64,000 bases of DNA from an uncultured Candidatus Saccharibacteria bacterium (GCA_964450805.1 CAYVDD010000001.1:70595-134594); one strand, 5' to 3'; positions 25,552 through 34,588 are shown, counted from the first letter of the stretch. Made by a program: numbers and translations. The notes: generated from the letters alone by a model not told the origin.

Positions 25552-26556
25552 ATGAAAATTGGTATTGATTTAGGAACTTGCAATTCAGTTATTTTTTTAC
25601 CTAACAAAGGAGTAGTTTTACAAGAGCCATCAGTTGTGGCAATAGCTTTGGTTGAAAATAGAGTCCTGGCTGTAGGGAGAAGGGCAAAAGAAATGATGGG
25701 CAGGACCCCTGACAATATTAAAATTTACAAGCCTTTGAAAGACGGAGTAATTGCTGATTTTAAGGTAACCCAGGCAATGCTTAAGTATTTTATTGATAAA
25801 ACCATAGGACATTTTAGGTTTTTTAAACCTGAATTAATGGTTGGCGTTCCAGCAGGCATTACCTCAACTGAAAAAAGAGCCATTATTGAGGCAGGATTAA
25901 ATGCTGGAGCAAGGGAGGTTTATCTGGGGAAAGAGCCGATTTTAGCAGCTATTGGAGCTGGTGTTCCAATTGATAGTTGTTCTGGAAATATGGTTGTTGA
26001 TATTGGTGGAGGGACAACTGAAGCAGCAGTAATATCTTTAGGGGGTATTGTTAATTTTCATTCAATAAGAGTGGCAGGTGATAAGATGGATTTAGCTATT
26101 TCTGATTTCATTAAAAAGAAATACAATTTATCTATTGGAGAACAAACTGCAGAAGAAATAAAAATTGAAATAGGGACTGCTCTGCCTGACAAAGAAAAAA
26201 CAGAGAGAAAAATGGAGATCAGGGGAAGAGATATAATTATGGGTTTGCCTAAAAATATTATAATTTCCTCAAATGATGTTTGTGAGGCAATATCTTATAT
26301 TCTTAAAGAGATTATTCAGGCAGTTAAATTAGTGCTTCGCAATACGCCTCCTGAACTTTCAGCTGACATAATTAATAAAGGAATGATTCTGACAGGAGGG
26401 GGAGCATTGCTTAGAAATCTGCCCCAGTTAATTGAAAAGTCAGTCGGAGTTCCAGCCGTTTCTGCCGAAGAATCTATGCTCTGCGTGGCTAAAGGAACAG
26501 GTTCAATAATGGCAAATCTTGATATGTATAAAAAAAGTATAATGAGCAAGAAATAA
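25552..26556 (+). CDS. mreB: rod-shape/actin-like protein MreB (paralog 1)
   Basis: IGIDLGTCNS, EPSVVA, VVDIGGGTTE and LTGGGALLRNL. Confidence 0.92.
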   Translation: MKIGIDLGTCNSVIFLPNKGVVLQEPSVVAIALVENRVLAVGRRAKEMMGRTPDNIKIYKPLKDGVIADFKVTQAMLKYFIDKTIGHFRFFKPELMVGVPAGITSTEKRAIIEAGLNAGAREVYLGKEPILAAIGAGVPIDSCSGNMVVDIGGGTTEAAVISLGGIVNFHSIRVAGDKMDLAISDFIKKKYNLSIGEQTAEEIKIEIGTALPDKEKTERKMEIRGRDIIMGLPKNIIISSNDVCEAISYILKEIIQAVKLVLRNTPPELSADIINKGMILTGGGALLRNLPQLIEKSVGVPAVSAEESMLCVAKGTGSIMANLDMYKKSIMSKK

Positions 26557-26614
26557 GGTATAGGTGATTAGTATCAATGGTCTGGTGTCTAAGCCCTATA
26601 CCTTTAACCTTAAA

Positions 26615-27463
26615 ATGATAATTGGTCATAAAAAACAACAGGAATTTTTAAGAAAAATGGTTGAGTCAGAAAATATTCCCCATGCATTGCTTTTTACTGG
26701 CAACGAGAAGCTTGGGAAAAAGAAAATAGCTTTTAAGTTAATTTCTTCTATTTTTAAGGAAAATATCTTTCAACACCCAGACTTTAATTTAGTTATTCCT
26801 GAAGAAAAACAAATTCAGATTAATCAAATCAGAGATATTAATTGGAAGCTTTCTTTGAAGCCAGTTAAAGCACCACTTTTATCAGTTGTTATTGACCAAG
26901 CCCATTCAATGACAAGACAGGCCCAGAATTGTTTTCTAAAAACTTTAGAAGAACCTAAAACCAGGGCTTTATTAATTTTAATTACAGAATATCCTAACTA
27001 TCTTTTACCAACCATTATTTCAAGGTGCCAGAGAGTCAAGTTTTATCCAGTAGAAAAAAAAGAAATCAATAATTATTTAAAAACCCAAAACTTTAAACAG
27101 GAACAAATTAAGGAAATAAGTCATATTTGTTTAGGAAGGCCTGGAGTTATGATTGATTTTTCTCAAAACCTGAAAAAACTGGAAGAAAGACAGGAAAAGG
27201 TGAAAGAACTTGTTAAAATAGTAAAATCTCCGATGTCCCTGCGCTTTAAATACGCAAAAGAATTGTCAGAAAACGATGATTTAAAAGAAACTTTGCTTGT
27301 TTGGTTGTCTTATTTTAGAAGAAACTTAATATCTAATCCTGATAATTCTTTGATTTCTAAAACAAAACACATTCTTAATAATATCCAGCGGACAATTTTT
27401 TTACTTTCTACAACAAACGTTAATAAGAGATTAGCTTTAGAGGTGTTAGTACTGGAACTTTAG
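26615..27463 (+). CDS. holB: DNA polymerase III delta' subunit
   Basis: ATG 26615 gives MIIGHKKQQEFLRKMVESENIPHALLFTGNEKLGKKK, followed by SRCQRVKF (the track starts at GTG 26564). Confidence 0.85.
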   Translation: MIIGHKKQQEFLRKMVESENIPHALLFTGNEKLGKKKIAFKLISSIFKENIFQHPDFNLVIPEEKQIQINQIRDINWKLSLKPVKAPLLSVVIDQAHSMTRQAQNCFLKTLEEPKTRALLILITEYPNYLLPTIISRCQRVKFYPVEKKEINNYLKTQNFKQEQIKEISHICLGRPGVMIDFSQNLKKLEERQEKVKELVKIVKSPMSLRFKYAKELSENDDLKETLLVWLSYFRRNLISNPDNSLISKTKHILNNIQRTIFLLSTTNVNKRLALEVLVLEL

Positions 27464-27470
27464 TAAATTT

Positions 27471-28046
27471 ATGATAGAAGATAAGATATCATATAAAGAT
27501 ATTATTGATAAAATAAAACCTGAGCTTGATAAGGCAATTGCTTTTTTAAATAAAGAACTGCAGAAAATAAGAACAGAAAGAGCTTCTCCTTCTTTAGTGG
27601 AAAACATTGAAGCTGATTGTTTTGGCAAGAACTTTCCTTTAAAACAATTGGCAACAATAAGCGTTCCCAAGCCAAGAGAAATTGTGATTCAGCCTTGGGA
27701 TAAGTCATATATTGAGGAGATTGTTAAAGCTTTAGAAAAAAACAGCAGTATTGGAGCGTCTCCGGTTGTTGATAAAGATATAATCAGAATCCATTTGCCT
27801 TCTCTAAGCGAGGAATTCAGAAAAGATTTAATACGTTTTACTTCTGAAAAACAGGAACTGGTTAGAAAAACAATAAGAAGATGGAGGGATGAAGCTTGGG
27901 GTGAAATACAGGAAGCAGAAAAAGAAAAGAAAATAAGTGAAGATGACAAGTTTAAAGGGAAAGATGAACTGCAGGAATTGATAGATGAATATAATGAAAA
28001 GATTGAAAAGATAATAGAGGCAAAGAAAAAAGAGATAGAGAGTTAA
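27471..28046 (+). CDS. frr: ribosome recycling factor
   Basis: RTERASPSLVENIEADCFG...ISVPKPREIVIQPWDKS...IRIHLPSLSEE. Confidence 0.93.
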   Translation: MIEDKISYKDIIDKIKPELDKAIAFLNKELQKIRTERASPSLVENIEADCFGKNFPLKQLATISVPKPREIVIQPWDKSYIEEIVKALEKNSSIGASPVVDKDIIRIHLPSLSEEFRKDLIRFTSEKQELVRKTIRRWRDEAWGEIQEAEKEKKISEDDKFKGKDELQELIDEYNEKIEKIIEAKKKEIES

Positions 28047-28060
28047 TTAATAAATCTTTT

Positions 28061-29140
28061 ATGGTTATAACAATTATTATTGCTTTTTTCAGTCTTATAG
28101 GTTTAATAACTCTTCATGAGTTTGGTCATTTTTTATTTGCCAAGAAGTTTGGCGTTAAAGTGGAAGAATTTGGTATAGGTTATCCACCAAGATTATTTAG
28201 TAAAAAAATAGGAGAGACGATTTATTCTTTAAATCTTATACCATTTGGAGCTTTTGTAAGACTGCCAGGTGAAATTGGAAAAAAAGACGACCCAGAAAGT
28301 TTTTCTAGACAGCCAATTAGAAAAAGGATTTTAATTATTTTAGGAGGAGTACTGTCTTTTTGGGTAATTGCAGCAATAATATTTGCTGTTGTTTCTGCTC
28401 TTGGTGCTCCAGTGGCAATTGATGATAATACTGATGGCAGTTTAATTGAACCAAAAGTTCAGATTGTTGGTGTGGCTAAAGATTCACCAGCTCAGATTGC
28501 AGGGTTAAGAGTTGGCGACACTATTAAGGAATTATCTTTTTTAAATGTTCAATTGGTTCCAGAAAAAACAAAAGAGATTCAGGACTTTACTAATAATTAT
28601 TTAGGTAAGGAAATTAATTTAACAATTGAAAGAGGGAAAGAGGTTTTTAAAATAACTTTAATTCCCAGAGTTTCACCGCCTCAGGGACAAGGAGCTATGG
28701 GAGTTGCTTTAGTTAGAACCGCAGTTAAAAAATATCCTTTACATTTAGCACTCTGGCAGGGGATTGTAACTACAGGCAATTTAACTGAGGGTATTGTTAG
28801 TGGTTATTTAAAAGCTATTAAAAATGTTTTTGTGGGAGAGCCTTCTGGAATTCAGATGACAGGTCCAGTTGGAGTTTTTCAGATGCTGTCCCAGGCTCAG
28901 GAATTAGGAATTAATTATTATTTAAGTTTCTTAGCCATGATTTCAATTTATTTAGCTGTCTTTAATTTGATGCCAATTCCAGCTGTGGATGGAGGAAAAT
29001 TAATGTTTTTGGCAATTGAAGCGATAAGGAAAAAGCCTGTTTCTGAAAAGGTAGAACAAAACATTACAGCAGTTTTTTTTATGCTGTTGATAATATTAAT
29101 GGTTTTTGTAACAATCAATGATATTTCCCGCATATTTTAG
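28061..29140 (+). CDS. rseP: RIP metalloprotease RseP (site-2 protease, M50)
   Basis: HEFGHFLFAKK zinc site, a PDZ-like middle region, and NLMPIPAVDGG. Confidence 0.92.
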   Translation: MVITIIIAFFSLIGLITLHEFGHFLFAKKFGVKVEEFGIGYPPRLFSKKIGETIYSLNLIPFGAFVRLPGEIGKKDDPESFSRQPIRKRILIILGGVLSFWVIAAIIFAVVSALGAPVAIDDNTDGSLIEPKVQIVGVAKDSPAQIAGLRVGDTIKELSFLNVQLVPEKTKEIQDFTNNYLGKEINLTIERGKEVFKITLIPRVSPPQGQGAMGVALVRTAVKKYPLHLALWQGIVTTGNLTEGIVSGYLKAIKNVFVGEPSGIQMTGPVGVFQMLSQAQELGINYYLSFLAMISIYLAVFNLMPIPAVDGGKLMFLAIEAIRKKPVSEKVEQNITAVFFMLLIILMVFVTINDISRIF

Positions 29141-29145
29141 AAATT

Positions 29146-30387
29146 ATGAAACAATCAAAACTTTTAGCTAAAACTAAAAAAACAATATCAAAAGACATTG
29201 CAGCTATTAGCCACAAATATCTGATTCAGGGTGATTTTATTGAGCAGTCAATCAGTGGAGTCTATAGGTTTTTACCTTTGGGCTTTAGAGTTTTGAAAAA
29301 TATTGAGAGAGTTATTAGAGAGGAAATGAATAATTTAGGCGCTCAAGAGATATTTTTACCAACTTTTCAGGATAAAAGACTTTGGGAAGAGACTGACCGC
29401 TGGGATAATTTTGACCCTCCTCTTTTTAAGCTTAAAGATAGACATAATAAAGAATTAGCATTAGCTCCTACTCATGAAGAAGAAATGGTTGATATTGCCA
29501 GGAAAAGAGTTGAATCTTATCAAGATCTGCCATTTTCTCTTTTTCAGATTCAGAACAAATTTAGAAATGAAATTCGATCCACTGGAGGGCTTCTAAGAAC
29601 AAGAGAATTTATGATGAAGGATTTGTATGATTTTCAGTTGGATAAAAAAGGCTCATTTGATTTTTATAAAAAAGTAAAAAAAGCGTATCTAAAGATTTTT
29701 AAAAGATGCGGATTAAAGGTGGTCTGCGTTGAAGCAAGTTCTGGAAGTATTGGAGGTAGTCTTTGCCATGAATTCATGCTTTTATCAAAAATCGGTGAAG
29801 ATAAAATTTCAGTTTGTAAAAAATGTAATTATGCGGCAAATATTGAAGTGGTTAAAGATGCAAAAAAGTGTGCTCACTGCAGAGGGTTATTAGAAACAAA
29901 AGAATCAATTGAGCTTGGTCATATTTTTTATTTAGGAACAAAATACAGCAAAGCCATGAACTTGTATTATCAGGATAAAAATGGCAAAGAAAAACTTGTT
30001 TCAATGGGTTGTTATGGAATTGGTCTTGGCAGGTTGATGGCAGGAATTGTTGAAACTCATAATGACAAGGATGGAATTATTTGGCCCAAAGAAATTACTC
30101 CTTTTGATATTCACTTGATTGCAGTTGAGAATATTAATAATGTGGTAAAGGCATCAAATAAATTATATAAAGATTTAGAGGAAGTAGGAATTGAAGTGTT
30201 GTATGATGATAGAGAGAACAGATCAGCTGGAGAAAAATTCGTGGATTGTGATTTAATTGGAATTCCAACAAGAATTGTAGTTTCTGAAAAAACATTAAAA
30301 AAGAATTGCGTTGAAATAAAAAAAAGAAAAGAAAAAAAAATAAGATTAGTAAAAATCAATAAATTAATAAAATGTTTGAAAGCTTGA
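29146..30387 (+). CDS. proS: prolyl-tRNA synthetase, minimal form (INS domain replaced by a small CxxC..CxxC element)
   Basis: Class II motifs FRNEIRSTGGLLRTREFMMKD and GCYGIGLGRL; 413 aa. CKKC...CAHC at aa 224-245. Confidence 0.9.
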   Translation: MKQSKLLAKTKKTISKDIAAISHKYLIQGDFIEQSISGVYRFLPLGFRVLKNIERVIREEMNNLGAQEIFLPTFQDKRLWEETDRWDNFDPPLFKLKDRHNKELALAPTHEEEMVDIARKRVESYQDLPFSLFQIQNKFRNEIRSTGGLLRTREFMMKDLYDFQLDKKGSFDFYKKVKKAYLKIFKRCGLKVVCVEASSGSIGGSLCHEFMLLSKIGEDKISVCKKCNYAANIEVVKDAKKCAHCRGLLETKESIELGHIFYLGTKYSKAMNLYYQDKNGKEKLVSMGCYGIGLGRLMAGIVETHNDKDGIIWPKEITPFDIHLIAVENINNVVKASNKLYKDLEEVGIEVLYDDRENRSAGEKFVDCDLIGIPTRIVVSEKTLKKNCVEIKKRKEKKIRLVKINKLIKCLKA

Positions 30388-30392
30388 ATTTA

Positions 30393-31436
30393 ATGCTTAA
30401 AAAATTTCTCCAGCAATTTTCAGAAGATATTGCTGTTGATCTTGGCACTGCTAACTCTGTTGTTTATGTTCATGGCAGGGGAATTGTGATTCAAGAGCCT
30501 TCTGTCGTGGCTATTAATAATAAAACTGGCCAGATTTTAGCAATAGGACTTGAAGCTAAAAAAATGGTGGGCAGAACTCCTTCTCATATTGTTGCTACAA
30601 GACCTCTGCGGGCAGGAGTGGTTTCTGATTTTGAGGTTACAGAACAGATGTTAAAGTATTTTATTGAAAAATCACGGGAGAAAAAAATGGTCAGGCCAAG
30701 GTTAATTGTTGGGATTCCTTCTGGAGTTACAGAGGTAGAGAAAAAAGCAGTTATTGATGCATCTAAATTAGCTGGAGCAAGAGAAGTGTTTTTAATTGAA
30801 GAGGCAATGGCTTCTGCAATTGGTGCCAGGCTGCCTGTTCAGGAGGCAGGGGGTAATTTACTTGTTGATATTGGTGGAGGGACAACTGAAGTAGCAGTAA
30901 TTTCATTAGGAGGAATTGTTTTGTCAAGAAGTTTAAGAGTGGCAGGAGACAGACTCAATGAAGATATTATTCGTTTTGCCCAGGAGGAATATAAATTACT
31001 GATAGGCGAGAGAACAGCAGAAATAATTAAAATTACTATAGGTTCTGCTTATCCTGTGAAAGAAAAAAAAGAGATGCCAATGAGAGGAAGAAATCTTATT
31101 ACAGGTCTTCCTGAGGAAGTTATAGTTTCCAATAAAGACATTAAAAGAGCAATAGAAAAATCTGTTACAACCATTCTTAATGAAATAAAAACAGCTATTG
31201 AAGAGACTCCGCCAGAGTTATTGGCTGACATAATGACTAAGGGAATTTATCTTGCAGGAGGTGGTTCTCTTCTGCAAGGTTTGGATACTTTAATTCAAAG
31301 AGAAACAAAAATCCCAACAAAAATTATTGAAGATCCAATAACCGCAGTAGTTAGAGGAGCTGGTATGGTTTTGGAAAATTTAAACGATTTAGAGGAAGTA
31401 TTGGTGGAGACATGGGAACTTGAACCACCAAAATAA
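30393..31436 (+). CDS. mreB: rod-shape/actin-like protein MreB (paralog 2)
   Basis: IAVDLGTANS, EPSVVA, LVDIGGGTTE and LAGGGSLLQGL. The start is set at ATG 30393 (track 30372). Confidence 0.92.
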   Translation: MLKKFLQQFSEDIAVDLGTANSVVYVHGRGIVIQEPSVVAINNKTGQILAIGLEAKKMVGRTPSHIVATRPLRAGVVSDFEVTEQMLKYFIEKSREKKMVRPRLIVGIPSGVTEVEKKAVIDASKLAGAREVFLIEEAMASAIGARLPVQEAGGNLLVDIGGGTTEVAVISLGGIVLSRSLRVAGDRLNEDIIRFAQEEYKLLIGERTAEIIKITIGSAYPVKEKKEMPMRGRNLITGLPEEVIVSNKDIKRAIEKSVTTILNEIKTAIEETPPELLADIMTKGIYLAGGGSLLQGLDTLIQRETKIPTKIIEDPITAVVRGAGMVLENLNDLEEVLVETWELEPPK

Positions 31437-31442
31437 AAATCA

Positions 31443-31730
31443 ATGATCAGTAAAGAAGAAGTAAAACACATAGCTAAATTAGCAAGAATTAAATTAAGAG
31501 CTGAAGAGGTTTTAAAGTTCCAGAAAGAACTTTCTTTGATTTTGGATTATATTGAGCAGCTTAAAGAAGTTGATGTTTCAAAAATTGATTTAAAAAAAGG
31601 CTTGACAAAATTTCAGGGAATAACAAGGCAAGACAAAGAAACTCAAAAGTCAATTAAGCAAAGTTCAAAGCTGATAGATTTAGCTCCTGATAAAAAAGAT
31701 AATTACTTTAAAACAAAAAAAATTTTATAA
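31443..31730 (+). CDS. gatC: Asp/Glu-tRNA amidotransferase subunit C
   Basis: ISKEEVKHIAKLARIKL..EE...F..EL..IL.YIEQL; precedes gatA. Confidence 0.9.
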   Translation: MISKEEVKHIAKLARIKLRAEEVLKFQKELSLILDYIEQLKEVDVSKIDLKKGLTKFQGITRQDKETQKSIKQSSKLIDLAPDKKDNYFKTKKIL

Positions 31731-31754
31731 TCCTCCAATAAATTGAGGATAACT

Positions 31755-33170
31755 ATGGATTTGACTAATCTTACAATTAAACAAGTTCATCAAGGGTTGC
31801 TTGATAAAAAATTTTCTGTTTTAGAATTAACAAAAACTCATTTAGAAAAAATTAAAAAGCAAGATAAAGATATTAATGCTTTTTTAACGCTCTGTGAAGA
31901 AGAAGCTTTGAAAGAAGCAAAAAGAATTGACAAAATGATTTTTTCTAAAAAAAAGATTCCCTTGTTTGCTGGGACCCTTGTCGCAATAAAAGACAATATT
32001 TTAGTTGAAGGCGTAAAAACCACTGCTGGCTCTAAAATTCTAGAAAATTATATTGCTCCTTATAATGCTACCTGTATAAAGAGATTAAAAGAACAGGGAG
32101 TAATTATTTTGGGTAAAACAAATTTAGATGAGTTTGCAATGGGTGCTTCAACAGAAAATTCTGCTTTTGGACCAACTAAAAACCCGAAAGATTTAACCAG
32201 AGTTCCAGGAGGTTCTTCTGGCGGCTCAGCTGCTGCTGTGGCTAAAGGCTTCTGTCATTTTGCTCTAGGTTCTGATACAGGGGGTTCAATAAGGCAGCCA
32301 GCTTCATTTTGCGGTGTGGTTGGTTTAAGTCCGACTTATGGAGCAGTATCGCGTTATGGTTTAATTGCTTTGACATCTTCTCTTGACCAGATAGGACCAA
32401 TAGCAAAAACAGTAGAGGACTGCAGAATTGTTTTCAATATTATTAAAGGAAATGACGAAATGGATTCAACAAGTGCGGCAACTGAATTACTTATTGAATC
32501 AGACATTAAAACAGTTAAAGATTTGGTTATTGGTATTCCTAAAGAATATTTTATTGAGGGAATTGATAAACCAGTGTTAAAATTAGTAAAGGATGCAATT
32601 CAAAAATATGAAAGATTAGGGGCTAAAATTAAAGAGATTAGTCTACCTTTAACAAAATATGCTTTATCTTGTTATTATATAATAAACCCATCTGAAGCTA
32701 GCGCTAACTTAGCTCGTTATGACGGCATTAAATACGGGTATTCAGTTGATTCAGATGACTTATTAGGAGTATATTTGAAAAGCAGGGGACAGGGTTTTGG
32801 GGACGAGGTAAAAAGAAGAATAATAATAGGCACTTTTGCTCTGTCTTCAGGTTATTACGAGGCATATTATTTAAAAGCTCAAAAGGTAAAGGAAATGATA
32901 AAAAAAGATTTTGATAAAGCTTTTAATGAAGTTGATGTTATTTTTACGCCAGTAGCTCCTACGCCTGCTTTTAAAATAGGCGAAAAAGCTCAGAATCCTT
33001 TGGAAATGTATTTAGCTGATATTTTTACTGTATCAGTTAAACTGGCAGGAATCCCAGCAATTTCAGTTCCTTGCGGTGAAACTAATGGTCTGCCAGTAGG
33101 ACTTCAGATTATTGGAAAATCTTTTGAAGATGATAGAATTATTAAGATAGCAGAGTTTTTAGAAAAATAA
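31755..33170 (+). CDS. gatA: Asp/Glu-tRNA amidotransferase subunit A
   Basis: Amidase signature GGSSGGSAAAVA...GSDTGGSIRQPASFCG. ATG 31755 (track TTG 31743). Confidence 0.94.
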   Translation: MDLTNLTIKQVHQGLLDKKFSVLELTKTHLEKIKKQDKDINAFLTLCEEEALKEAKRIDKMIFSKKKIPLFAGTLVAIKDNILVEGVKTTAGSKILENYIAPYNATCIKRLKEQGVIILGKTNLDEFAMGASTENSAFGPTKNPKDLTRVPGGSSGGSAAAVAKGFCHFALGSDTGGSIRQPASFCGVVGLSPTYGAVSRYGLIALTSSLDQIGPIAKTVEDCRIVFNIIKGNDEMDSTSAATELLIESDIKTVKDLVIGIPKEYFIEGIDKPVLKLVKDAIQKYERLGAKIKEISLPLTKYALSCYYIINPSEASANLARYDGIKYGYSVDSDDLLGVYLKSRGQGFGDEVKRRIIIGTFALSSGYYEAYYLKAQKVKEMIKKDFDKAFNEVDVIFTPVAPTPAFKIGEKAQNPLEMYLADIFTVSVKLAGIPAISVPCGETNGLPVGLQIIGKSFEDDRIIKIAEFLEK

Positions 33171-33173
33171 TTT

Positions 33174-33686
33174 ATGACTTTAGAAACCATTGTTCAGTTT
33201 ATTTTAAATCCGGTTTTCCCTGTTAATTTTTTAATATTAAAATTTATTCTTATAGTCTTAAGCTTACTTTTAACAGGGTTTATTATTTTTGCCTTGATTA
33301 AGACTGATTGGCTTCATCAATTAATGTTTTGGGACTGGATGGAATTTCTTAGTTATAAACATCATGGTTTGGCAGCTATCAATAAAAGATGGGTTAAAAT
33401 TAGACAGAAATCCCGCACCAGCGAAGCTGAGGCAAGATTGGCAATAATTGAAGCTGATGCTTTACTCGATGAAATATTAAATACAATGGGGTTTAAAGGC
33501 AAGGTTTTAAAAGAAAGACTTGAAGTTTTAACTCCTGATATTCTTGAAAATCTTGAAGAGGTTAGAGAGGTTAATGAGGTTCGTTCAAGAATCATTCAAG
33601 ATCCGAATTATTATCTGGATTTAACGTCTGCTCATAAAATCTTGGATATTTATGAAAAAGCTTTGGAGAATCTTCAAGTACTTTAA
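33174..33686 (+). CDS. hypothetical membrane protein (170 aa)
   Basis: N-terminal hydrophobic segment(s) followed by a helical soluble part; no known motif. Confidence 0.6.
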   Translation: MTLETIVQFILNPVFPVNFLILKFILIVLSLLLTGFIIFALIKTDWLHQLMFWDWMEFLSYKHHGLAAINKRWVKIRQKSRTSEAEARLAIIEADALLDEILNTMGFKGKVLKERLEVLTPDILENLEEVREVNEVRSRIIQDPNYYLDLTSAHKILDIYEKALENLQVL

Positions 33687-33687
33687 A

Positions 33688-33716
33688 TTGACTTTAAGGA
33701 TAAAAATAGATAGAAT
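33688..33716 (+). promoter_or_regulatory. sigma70-type promoter for the tRNA cluster
   Basis: TTGACT, 17 nt, TAGAAT. It ends 12 nt before the first tRNA. Confidence 0.6.
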
Positions 33717-33728
33717 AAGGATCATTGA

Positions 33729-33799
33729 CGCGGTGTAGAGGAGTAGTACCTCGCCAGTCCCATAAGCTGGAGGCCCTGGTGCAATTCCAGGCACCGCAA
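33729..33799 (+). tRNA. tRNA(CAU), initiator-like (C1xA72, A11:U24) but atypical
   Basis: Manual cloverleaf: CGCGGTG-TA-GAGG-AGTAGTA-CCTC-G-CCAGT-CCCATAA-GCTGG-AGGC-CCTGG-TGCAATT-CCAGG-CACCGCA-A. No CCA is encoded. Confidence 0.7.
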
Positions 33800-33815
33800 C
33801 AAGGTTTTAAACAAA

Positions 33816-33887
33816 GCCGGTGTAGCTCAACGGTAGAGCAGTAGCATCATAAGCTATGGGTCGGGGGTTCGATTCCCTTCACCGGTA
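33816..33887 (+). tRNA. tRNA(CAU): elongator Met or Ile2 (lysidine) type
   Basis: GCCGGTG-TA-GCTC-AACGGTA-GAGC-A-GTAGC-ATCATAA-GCTAT-GGGTC-GGGGG-TTCGATT-CCCTT-CACCGGT-A. Several G.U pairs are present. Confidence 0.8.
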
Positions 33888-33893
33888 CTCTCG

Positions 33894-33968
33894 GGGGACG
33901 TAGTGTAGCCTGGTTAACACGCTTCCCTGTCACGGAAGAAATCGCCGGTTCAAATCCGGTCGTCCCCG
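33894..33968 (+). tRNA. tRNA-Asp(GUC)
   Basis: GGGGACG-TA-GTGT-AGCCTGGTTA-ACAC-G-CTTCC-CTGTCAC-GGAAG-AAATC-GCCGG-TTCAAAT-CCGGT-CGTCCCC-G. Confidence 0.9.
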
Positions 33969-34010
33969 CAATTGTATAAAATTGCATATATTTTTATTTA
34001 ATTGTATAAA

Positions 34011-34034
34011 TTCGAGCAAAGGCTCGGATTTTTT
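34011..34034 (+). terminator. intrinsic terminator after the tRNA cluster
   Basis: CGAGC-aaag-GCTCG, then GA and T6. Confidence 0.65.
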
Positions 34035-34103
34035 ATTTTAGGTGTTATACTTAAAGTTGAATCCAGGCTGATTGGATACATAGTCGCTCCGCGGGGTTTT
34101 AGG

Positions 34104-34132
34104 TTGACAAGATTTTAAATAGTCTCTATAAA
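34104..34132 (+). promoter_or_regulatory. near-consensus sigma70 promoter
   Basis: TTGACA, 17 nt, TATAAA. A strong SD, AAGAGGTGAGG (34159-34169), follows. Confidence 0.6.
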
Positions 34133-34172
34133 TTAAGTGGTAATTAAATTTTAAAAAAAAGAGGTGAGGTAA

Positions 34173-34475
34173 ACGCCGAAAAAGAAAAAATTAGAAAGTG
34201 AAAAAGTTAGAGAAATTGTAAAGACTGAAATAAAAATAGAGAGGAATGAGTTCAGCGAGCAAACTGCAATTATAATACCTTATTCTAATGGAGAGATAGA
34301 TAAGCTGTGGCATAAATCTGTAGCTGCTCGTCTTCTTGAATATAATTATTCTCAAGAGCAAGCAAAATTTATTTTAGAGGGATGTAAGTCTTTTTTAGAG
34401 ACGATTGATAAAGTTCCTCCAACATTTAAGGGAATAATTGAAGAGCTCGAGGAAAGCATAAGAAAAATGGAGTAG
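34173..34475 (+). CDS. hypothetical 100-codon ORF without a canonical start codon (possible ACG start); absent from the ORF track
   Basis: The frame is open from the TAA at 34170-34172 to the TAG at 34473-34475 and has no in-frame ATG/GTG/TTG near the 5' end. ACG 34173 lies about 6 nt after the SD core. Two hairpins follow, one of them a terminator. Confidence 0.45.
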   Translation, partial: TPKKKKLESEKVREIVKTEIKIERNEFSEQTAIIIPYSNGEIDKLWHKSVAARLLEYNYSQEQAKFILEGCKSFLETIDKVPPTFKGIIEELEESIRKME

Positions 34476-34501
34476 ACTAAAACTCAGTCTAATTCTATTA
34501 A

Positions 34502-34524
34502 GCCTATTATTAGGCGTTTTTTTT
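34502..34524 (+). terminator. intrinsic terminator
   Basis: GCCTA-ttat-TAGGC, then G and T8. Confidence 0.8.
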
Positions 34525-34588
34525 ATTTGGAACAAAATAGGGGATTAAAGCCCGAACTTTCAGGTCCTATGGTTGAACTCTAGTCTTA

